A DNA stretch of 64,000 bases from Porphyridium purpureum (taxonomy: Eukaryota), in contig VRMN01000002.1 of NCBI GenBank assembly GCA_008690995.1, positions 2,294,001 to 2,358,000 on the forward strand, in the 5' to 3' direction. Numbering within the stretch: position 1 is the first letter of the stretch; each line of letters starts with the position of its first letter. Shown here piece by piece: positions 55,051 to 64,000 of this stretch. A program made the translations under genes and the position numbers. Below the pieces are notes generated by a model. It did not search any database. It worked only from the letters and a program-made list of their open reading frames with translations, and had not been told where the DNA came from.

Positions 55051-55424
55051 TGTGAAACAGGATTATGATCGGGGCTATGAGTGCAGACGAATGCTATGGT
55101 GCATGTCGTCGCCTTACCGAGAGATGATGACTTTCTGATTTCAAAGCCGCCTTTATACGTCAAAACCTATTTATCGCCACCTCCCAGTCTAGACAAGCAC
55201 CACGACAAGGATACGGGCACCTCTTTCATATCTCAGCCTCGCGCCCCTGGACCGAGGCGGGCCGAGGCTTGCACAGCACGCGCAAGTGGTGGTCCGCTAC
55301 GCGTACCGGTCGTCGCTTTGGCACCGCCATTGGCGACGACCTCTCGGGTCATCACGGGCTCAAGCGTGGCGTCCCTATGGGTCATCGTCGAAATTGTCGC
55401 GAGGATTCGAAAGTTCTCTTCACG
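55051..55424 (-). mobile_element. Solo LTR (374 bp), family B copy 1
   Basis: Perfect 5-bp TSD GGCGG (55046-50 / 55425-29); TGT...ACG ends; homologous to 59919-60289 in inverted orientation. Confidence 0.88.
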
Positions 55425-57958
55425 GGCGGCATAGGCTCGACGGGCACCTGCGCCCACGGCGGAGAACGACGAATTGTGTCGAGGGCCTGCTCAGATGTCA
55501 CTATGCCAGCCTTGTCGGCATTCATCTCGGCCGCGACATCGTTGGTGTAACCGCGAACCAGCTGAACGGCTTCGTGCGAGCTGATGTCAGGAGACGTGAT
55601 GCAGTCCAAGGTTGCCCTGACGACCAGCGATAAGCCGGGCACCACGAGATCATCCATGGAGATCGCCAACGAGTTCGCAAATGTGACCACGGCCTTATGA
55701 GCGTGACGCGGCAAAAGCGGTTCAAGCGAGGCAACGAGTCGGCTGGTTCCAGCGATGGAGATATGAGCCCCTCGAGCGTCGACCCGGGTGTCGCAAATCG
55801 ACGACAGGAGAGCGCTCAGGGAGGTTGCGCCCTGATCGGCCCAAACGTCAGCCCTGTTGTTCTGAAGCCAGTTCCTATGCATTTGAGGCACTGCCACCGC
55901 AATTCGGGCGAGCATCGATTGTCGAAGTGTCGCATTGGAGAATGCAGCGCGCGTCGAGAAGCGGTAGATGAGCCGCAAGATCACGGACGCCTCCTCGACC
56001 GACGAGTGCACGGTTAGGACCTCACTTCGCAGAATGGCAACGAGCGCTTCGTTGATCGGGCGACTGGCGTCTGGCGAGAGCCGTGATCCCTCGGGAAGAA
56101 TGACATGCTCCATAATCTGCGCCGCAAACCATTCAAGCAGTCTCCCGGTAGGAGTCGTGCCGGCAGCTGCCCATTCCTGCGTCTCCAAGGTACGGAGGAT
56201 GCTCGAGAGAGCGATAAGCCACACATGCTGCATCGACAGTCCGTGCATGAACACTAAGCACAAGCGCTCGAACACCGCTCGTCGATTGTGCTCATTCGCC
56301 AGTGACACAATAGGGAGACACACCGACAAAGGCTCGCGCGTCAGAGGCGAAGTGTCACTGCGCTCAATTCCATCTGCAAACTCGAGCGCCACTAACAGTG
56401 GCTCGATAACCGCGTTTGCGGGGGACTGGCCGACGCGGAGCGCCTGATTGAGCGCAAAGTCATTCGTATTGTGCTCCGTGTCCGACATGGCTTTACAGCA
56501 CAAGGCGACCGGTCCATTTTCATACAGAATCATATCTTCCTCACGAGGAGCGCCCGACGCATCCAAACTGGCGAGCTCAGCGATCGCGTTGGGGTCGATG
56601 GTTCCAGCAAGCGCTGCCCGATTACTTAGCCGACCCAAACTTGTCGCGCTCATTCCGAACATCGAGAGAGACATCGTTGAATCCAGAGCATCATTGACGA
56701 CAGCTCGAGGACGTCGGACGCTGCGGCTGGTTTGTTCCCTGGCTTGCCTTTCTTGGGACGTACTAGTCGCAACTGCCTGGCGAATCTGCGCGGACAAGCT
56801 CTCGCGCTCACTGTCATTGGCCGCCAGGCGCAGACGCCGGAGCAATCCATGAACGCCGGTAGACGAATCATCGTTACTGGCTTGCATTTGCGTCGCAACC
56901 ATCTGATCCAGAGAGACAAGGCTGTGGCTCAGCAGAATACGCCATTCTTCGAGTCTTCCGACAACAAAATAGGCCCGGGTTATATTCTCGATATCCGCCT
57001 GCGAAATCTGCGAGAGAGATTCAAAGGGATCTCGGGCTCTCATCAGAGCTTGCAGGTCAAGGAGGGACCCATCAGCGAGGTAAATTGTGCCGGCATCCAC
57101 CGGCTCGTAGACTCGTGATGGATAATCGAGCAGGTCGTTGGCCGAAACAATTGGACAATCTTGCAGAACGAGCGTGTCCGTGAGTGGCGGTGGCTGAGGC
57201 AGATGATCGCCAAGCCAGTCTCCCTTGACGGCAATCAACCGCGAACACTCGGCGTCAACAATTAGCACGGCCGCCGTGAATGCCGCCGTGAAATGAGCCA
57301 TGACAACAGAGACATTAAAGTGAGACATGCGAGAGAGGTGGCGATCACCGGAAGCGAAAATTATGAGCAGAGATGGCAAATGCGCTGTCACTGAAGCATG
57401 GCGGGCCAATTCTTCCGTGCTCCGCACTTGACCGTCCGTCATGAATACAAAACACGACGCATCGTCCGGTACGAAGTTTTGGGGAGAGAAGATTGTCTGA
57501 GGTTCGGTACCTCCCGTTGATATCCAGCGAATTTCTCTCAAAGGCCTTGGAGCGTCGCACGTCGAGTTCCAGAGCGAGACCTTGTGCACGCCCAGACTAT
57601 GCACAAATCTTTGTGCAACCAGAAGCGGCGCGCCCCCTGTCGAATCACTGTTGTCGACCGCCGCAAACCCCGTGTCGTTCATGAGCACTGACAAGCGGGT
57701 CAGCTCCCGTCGAATCTCACATCTTGGCGCCAGGAAAACGCCATCGCTTGAGCTGGTAGCAACATTCGTTGTCGTAAAAGTTGAATCACCCATAGCTGCT
57801 GAGACTTGAGAGACGAGATGAAAAAAAGCGCCTTGAAAGTGTCCGAACACCAGGGTATTTGGAATATGATTTCGTTTCTTGTGAGCGTAGGATGCGGGAA
57901 CGAGCGTCCCGATCCGTTCCCGGTGCACAACAAGGGCACTGACCCGTGCTGTGTCCAC
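55382..57958 (-). pseudogene. Large vWA/MIDAS-like domain protein, C-terminally interrupted by a solo LTR
   Basis: AAVDNSDST (DxSxS-like), GGTEP, FVFMTDGQV, SPLTRE. The last ~13 codons are LTR-derived. Likely start is MGDS (~57793) or upstream. Confidence 0.75.
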
Positions 57959-59340
57959 CGCCAGGCTCCCGCAAGGCAGAGGATTGATATAACTCCAGTT
58001 TCAACTCTGCAAGAAGCCAACTGTATAGTATCGACACCATCAACTTCTTCGCTGCTCTTCGCCAATTCGCCGCACCTTTCGCGTGTGTGCTCTCTATGTA
58101 GGTCGCCAATTTTGGCGAAAGGTGACAGCGTTCCCTAGGGCCTTGTCAGATGCAAAGTCGTTGGCGAGTTTTGATGTGTACTCAGTGTACACGTGCGCGC
58201 TTTCCGACAGAAAGACCGCGTCTGTTCTAGCCACCGAGTACGAAATTGAAGAGTCAAGTGGCGGCGGATGGCGGCGACCACGAGCACCGTGATGGCGGGA
58301 GAGATAGGGGCAGTATGGATTGGCCCATCGTTAAAGAGCGGGCCCTTATTCCTGGAAGGGTGAACTGCGGGCGTCCTACTCTCTTGATCTGACGACTCGC
58401 GGCGCCAACAACTGAAGCCGTTGGCCTTGAAGTCGACCTGGACGCCCGCTGTCGGCCGTGCGCCGAAATTTCTTGCCGAATGCTCGTTGGCGAAGACTGC
58501 GTCGATGCACGTTGGCTATTGGAGCCTTTAGCGGACCAGCGTAGAAGAGATCCTCCCAGATAGGCCGGTCTCAAATCTCGAACAATGAACGGTTCGACAA
58601 AGTGTTCGAGAAATTACTACCGTGCGAATAGTGCCTCCACTTCCGGATCCAATGTGTTCGCGTTCCTGGATCAGGACTCCCAGCCACCATTGTGGACGTA
58701 CAAGTGTTTGATGGCGCGTCAGGCCAATCGAGAACGGGATGTGGTCCTACTGCGAATCACTGACCAGATATATTAATCGATTCACGTCCAGGAGACACTA
58801 GAAACCATTTAGAATTGTGATTCCCAAAGCCAATCATCTGGAATACGAAGACAGCGAAAATGATGAACAGCCGCCGACAGTGTGTGCTACATTGAGGCGC
58901 CGCAGGCATCGATGCAAATTACCCGCGAGGCATTACCATCGTGTGATCAAATTGATTGGGGTGCTTTCGAGACAAGACAGCTTCCGCCCTCTTTCGTCAA
59001 GCACCCAGCCAGCCAGTACGATGATCGCGGGATCCACTCGCGCGCAATCGCCTGCCGTCCTATCAAATCGTTATGTTTTTATTTTTTTATGCGAAAATGC
59101 CGAGCGGCTCAGGCGACCCGCGATAGCGTGCGGGCTCCGCAGATGCAGATCCGTAGCGGAAATCGTCAATGGCACGCACCTGGAAGTACCATCACATCAC
59201 AGACCAAACAAATTACTATGCCGCAGAGTGCCCGAATTCGTTTTCCGGCGCTGCTAGGCTCTGCGGGAAGCAATACGATGCGGCAGTGTCAGAGATGGAG
59301 CATATCGACGACACACGATGAACTGCTTTGAGACCGGCAA

Positions 59341-59918
59341 TTGGCGAATTTGCGCGCCTCGAAAATGAGAGTCGACAAAGTACAGCGCATCCTGAAACTT
59401 TACCACCCTGGCGACATTTGTCGCCCAATGCATTATGCCCAGATCTTGGAATTGCTGTCACGGTGTCCTCTTCAAGAGCATGTGCTTGGACAAGGGAATG
59501 ACCGTGCCGCATCGATTCGCGTAGCTCAACACCCGGCCTATAAGGATGAACGCAACATGTGGTTTGCAGCCGTTCGATACGAGAGCACAGAATGCATATT
59601 TTCTTATCGCCTTTGTATGAGAGCAAACAAAGAGAGCGGAACATGGAAAATCTTCCATGATGCTGCCAAGCGTGAGCTGGATGTCGCCGGTGTATTGAAA
59701 AAAATGAAGGCGGTCGAGTCAACCTTTGAGCGAGAAAATCCTGGACAACAGCTCTCGTTTCATTTCGACAAGCTCCTGCAAAACTTTTGCGATCGCAAGC
59801 ATATCCTTTTTGGAAGCATGCTGCAGCTTCTAGCTCTCGTTGAACGCGATGCCGGGCTGCATTGGCGTATACGGTCTCACGAACCCACCGTCGAACTATT
59901 GTCTTTTGCTGTCGAGGA
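59341..59918 (+). pseudogene. DCL/DUF3223-like domain protein fragment interrupted by a solo LTR
   Basis: LLSRCP...GQG...IRVAQHPAY...WFAAVRYESTECIFSYRLC matches the DCL pattern. The upstream region is frame-broken. Confidence 0.6.
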
Positions 59919-60289
59919 TGTAAAGAGAACTTTCAAATCCTCGCGACGAGCTCGACGATGACCCATGGGGCGCCATGCTTGAGCCCGCGATGGCCCGAGG
60001 GGTCGTCGCCAATGGGGGCGTCAAAGCAACGACCGGTATGCGCAGCGGACCACCACGTGCGCGCGCTGTGTGAGCCCCAGCCCACCTCGGTCCGGGGGCG
60101 CGTGGCTGAGATATAAAAGTGGCGCCCATGTCCTTGGAGCGGCGCCTGTCTAGACTCAGAGGTAGAGATGAATAGGTTTTGACGTGTAAAGACAGCCTTG
60201 GCATCAGGAAGTCAATGTCTCTCGGTAAGGTGACGACACGTACCATGACATTCGTCAACGCTCATGCCCCCGGTCATAATCCTACTTCA
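59919..60289 (+). mobile_element. Solo LTR (371 bp), family B copy 2
   Basis: TG...CA ends, TSD GAGGA/GAGAA, internal TATAAAA, homologous to 55051-55424. Confidence 0.85.
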
Positions 60290-60881
60290 GAGAAAGGACA
60301 TCATTTTGCGATCATGCAGCAGGATCGTCAAAAAGTGCTGCGTCGTGATTCTTGCCGCTGGTGTGAATGCGCGGGCGCGCGCGCGCGCGGCGGACATTGC
60401 GTGCCGACCAACGCTGTGCACGCACGCTTCGTGCTGCTGCGTCCCGTCATCGAATAGGTCCGAAGCGATTGGCGCAACCGCACGGAAAATCGCTCGACAC
60501 ACTCAGATGCCCGCTTGTGCGGCACAAAGCGCTGCGCGACAAGTACCAAAGGCACCTGCTTTGCGCCGTCAATGCGGTTGAGCAGCAGCTCGCGCTCATG
60601 CTCCCGTGTCTGCGTCATCGCACTCCACCTCACGAACACCTGGGGGTGCAACAGCACGCCGCGCGACACGTGAAGCAATGTGTACCGCGTCTGAACGTTG
60701 CGTCGTGCGTAGATGCCAAGAACGCGCACGTCAACGGCGCCATGCTGAAGCATTTACGCGCCCCACTAATTTGTGGTCTCGCGACGCCCCATTGTAGCGA
60801 CGGCTGGACATGTTTGCTCGCCATGTCACTGACGCGCTGATGCTCTGTCGAGCGCCCGCGCATGTTGATGCCGCCTCGTAA

Positions 60882-62907
60882 GTGGCGACCTGGGCTGGGC
60901 GCTTGCGTCTCTCAGAAAGCAGGGCGCTTGTTTTGAGCTGGCGTGGGGGCAGAGGCCGGCGCGGCGGCGGTCGTCGTGGCGCTAGTGTCGCTGGTGGTGC
61001 TAGATTCAAGCCGTGCGAAGATTCTTCTGCTGGCGGCTATGTTTACGATACACGAATGGACACTATGGGCAGTGACGCGCGAGGCTTAGCGGCCGATCTA
61101 CTTCGACTGCTTCAGTGCAATGATAGTGCTGCGTACGGAGCGTACGAGCAGCTTGGATCGCGTTGGTACATGTTTGCTCTGAGCGGCGCGCCGCGTATTG
61201 AGCTCGCCATCGCGCACGGTCAAAGCGACGCGTACGCTGCATCAAGCGGCATGGTTGTCAAGTGCACGAGAGGAAAGCTCGTGATACACGTATAGCCACT
61301 GGCGTCCCACGTGCGCCGTGTCCCTCTTTGTGACTTTCTGGAACGACACTGCAATATAATAGTGCATCAAGATATAGAGCGAGCTCAACTCTTTAGCAGG
61401 TATGGCAAAGCGCCAAGCACGCTCGGTGCTTGCTGAGCCGCGTGAAAGGGTCGCAATATACGGATGGCGCATCCGGGCACGTGGATTCTAGAGCGGTCGT
61501 CCCCGTAGCTTTTGCGCGCCGATGATTCGTCAGAGTGGATGTTGGAGGCACGCTTTGAGCTCGGCCTGCCGGCATCGGGTCGTACGATTGAAGGAAGAAA
61601 GGCGCACATGATCCTGTGCGAGACTGTACCGCGTCTTGTTCAGCAAAGCTTTTTGTGGCTTAGCTTGGAGAAGCAGAATGACCATCAGACCAGGCGTCAG
61701 CACAGCGCGCAGGCCGCGCATGAGCATGTGATCTGTGCGGAAGATCAAGCCGCCTTGCGAGGCATGCTGGAATCGGCTGGCCTCGTGGCTTTCGTTCCAG
61801 ATAGCGCCATCTTGCCGCGACTACATGGTGCGAGTGAGCTTCCGATGCCTTCAGCGTCTGCACTCTCCTTTTCCTCACCAGACGCGCTGCGCATCAGCAT
61901 GACGCAGCCGAGCGGCAAGACGCTGACCGGCATGAGCATTCGAAAGGGAGTGCATCTTATTGTCGCAGGTGGCGTTCACGGAAAATTGATGCTGTTGCAG
62001 GCGATTGAGCTAGGCGTTTATGGCCGTGTGCCCAGTGACGGAAGTGAGATTGTCTCATGCCTGGCTTTTGCATCCAAAATGCGCGCTGAAGATGGTCTCG
62101 CGGTGACGTCGCTCGACATGTCGCCGTTCATTTCAAACCTGCCTTTCGGGCGTGCCACAAATGACTTTTCGACTGCCGACGGATCTGGCAGTACGAGCCA
62201 AGCGGCGAGTACCGCCGAGGCGCTGGAAATTGGTTGTGACCTCTTTATCTTCGACGAGAACGCGTGCGCGAGCAACTTTATGTATCGAGATGCGGTCATG
62301 TTGGCGCTTTTAGGCAAGCACAAGGAGCCAATCACACCCTTTCTGGACCGTATCCATGTTCGTTTCGAATCGCTCGGGATCTCGAGCCTTTGGGTGGTGG
62401 GCAACTGCGGTGCGTTCTTTGATGTTGCCGATACCGTGATCGTAATGGAGACTGCTACAAAGCGTATGATGTCTCGGACGAAACGAAAAGCATATCGTGT
62501 GCGCAAGGTCGCGGTGGCGCGCAGCAGGTGAGCAGGGCCGTGCTAGACAATGACGTGGGACAATCGACCTCGCTGTTTTCGGACGGGAGGATCCTTTTGC
62601 GCTCGCCGGCAGCGGCACGTTACAAATACAGGATACGGGGCGAATCTATTGTGGCTTGGAGGAGTTTGCCATGAAGCTTCGTGCGCTCGAGCAACTCGTT
62701 GAATTGGGACAGACGCGCGTGACCGCGGATGCTGTACGATTTGTGGAGATGGCGAGCGAGCAGACCGCGCCGATGCAAGGCTTGAAGGAGCTGGTTGTGC
62801 GTGTCGAGGCTGCGCTGGGCGCGAAGGGGATTGACGCCTTGGCTCCGAGCGGGTGGAAAGGTATTGGCTTCTACTCGCGGCCGCGATCAACCGCTGGCGG
62901 CTTTTGA
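60882..62907 (+). pseudogene. ABC-class ATPase (ABC_ATPase / MRB1590-like family) pseudogene
   Basis: YGAYEQL..HGQSDAYA; LPASGRTIEG; GLVAFVPDSAILPR; RAEDG; SPFISNLPFG; GSGSTSQAA; DENACASNFMYRD; EPITPF. Walker A is degenerate (AGGVHGKLM); several stops and frameshifts. Confidence 0.85.
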
Positions 62908-63039
62908 AAGTGTCCATCGACGCGTCCGTGAAGGACCAGACTTTGCTTCGAGGCATGTGTCTACGAAAGGCTTTAAAAAGCTTTGGACGCACGTATCTGT
63001 GTTTTCGAAAAGCCACTTCCAAGTAGCGAACCAAGCCGC

Positions 63040-63292
63040 ACCGAGTGATCCCCGGGTTGGCCAATGAGGACCTTGCGCGACAGGCGGTTTCTGCTTTGCG
63101 CGGGAGTCGGTGACCACCGTGCACGAGCTGTCCCGCTCGCGCTATCCGCGCACTGTCAGCTGGACCCTGCGCCGTTCGCGCCGCACGGCGGGAGCCCCTT
63201 CTGCTGCCGGTAACACGTGTACGCAACGGTCCCTGTTGAACAGGCATGCCCGAGCGAACGGTGGGGATGATGTTACCCAAGGTGAGCGCCAT
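63040..63292 (-). pseudogene. Possible heavily decayed 1-Cys peroxiredoxin fragment
   Basis: Starts MALTLGNIIP, with later fragments resembling RKVLIG.P.D..VRL. The catalytic PVC motif is not visible. Confidence 0.3.
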
Positions 63293-64000
63293 TATGATCT
63301 GTGAGGAAAGACTGTTTTTATCCTGAATCACCTTGCTTCCTCGACCGGCATCCCACGCGTCCCATAGTGGGGAGCGGCGCTTGATACCATTGCGGCGCCG
63401 AGCCCGGCAGAGAAAGGTGAAGGCAATGTGTGCTGCGTGTGCGAGTTTGCACGTCCCGGAGAGCAACAGCACGGCAGGCCGGACGGGTTGCGACGCCGTG
63501 CAAACCGAGAGAGGGGAGTTGATACGCCGCGCTGCATGCCTCGCGCCTCCCCGCTTCACACGTCGCAGGTGCCGTGCACGTGACCTCGACACGTCAGCGC
63601 ACATTGTTAAACAACGCGAGTGCGCGCTTTAATTAAGATCTGAGGTACAGCGCCCGTCTGGCGGAGTGTACTCCATTCCCAACGGCTGGACTGTACTTCC
63701 ATTTCTTTAAATTCAGCGCGCCGCTCGCGGTCTATCAAAACGGCGCCGTTCAAGCACACCCGCGCGTGCTCCTTCCACGTGACGGCCACAGCCTGCCAAG
63801 CTGTACTCCACGCGTCCGCGAAAATCGCGAATCCGCGCTGCTGAGTGATAAACTCAGCCCAAGTCCCGTCGAAACTCGCGGCGGCATCGAAAAACAGGCA
63901 TGTGTTGCGCGTGCAGAAAGCGCGCCGTTTTGGCGTGCTTTGCAGGAGAGAAAAATAAAAGGATGGAATACAATTATCGCGCGATTGCATATCAGAAAGC

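Noticed and set aside
55051..60289. Large DNA transposon with 370-bp TIRs carrying vWA and DCL genes
   Set aside because: Each repeat has its own TSD and TG..CA-type ends, and each interrupts a gene. They are independent solo LTRs.

Overview
Eukaryotic, GC-rich, intron-poor nuclear DNA. It is most consistent with a unicellular red alga (Porphyridium-like); this is an inference from gene style, poly-Q/poly-S tracts and plastid-type presequences. Positions ~1-46,400 are a compact gene-rich block: a large protein with a degenerate hemerythrin-like C-terminus, ClpX, a cyanobacterial-type MutL, a Nudix hydrolase, a spliced HEI10-like RING E3, a PWWP protein, a thylakoid pentapeptide-repeat protein, a WD40-like protein, a DUF885 protein, a RING+Sel1 protein, a fused radical SAM (TIGR03960+TIGR03936-like), GINS Sld5, a HAD-domain protein, RBBP6/Mpe1 and two tandem PPR-like paralogs. 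Positions ~47,000-64,000 are a decaying, nested mobile-element zone. It holds a Fanzor2/TnpB-like pseudogene that still has an omega-RNA-like hairpin tail and is inserted into a PKD/DUF285 surface-protein gene. It also holds three solo LTRs with TSDs, a Tc1/mariner with intact TIRs, a KptA/Tpt1 ORF and a vWA-like ORF that may be halves of one disrupted vWA-KptA fusion gene, a DCL-domain pseudogene and an ABC-ATPase pseudogene. All family assignments come from motif recognition by eye; no database search was run.
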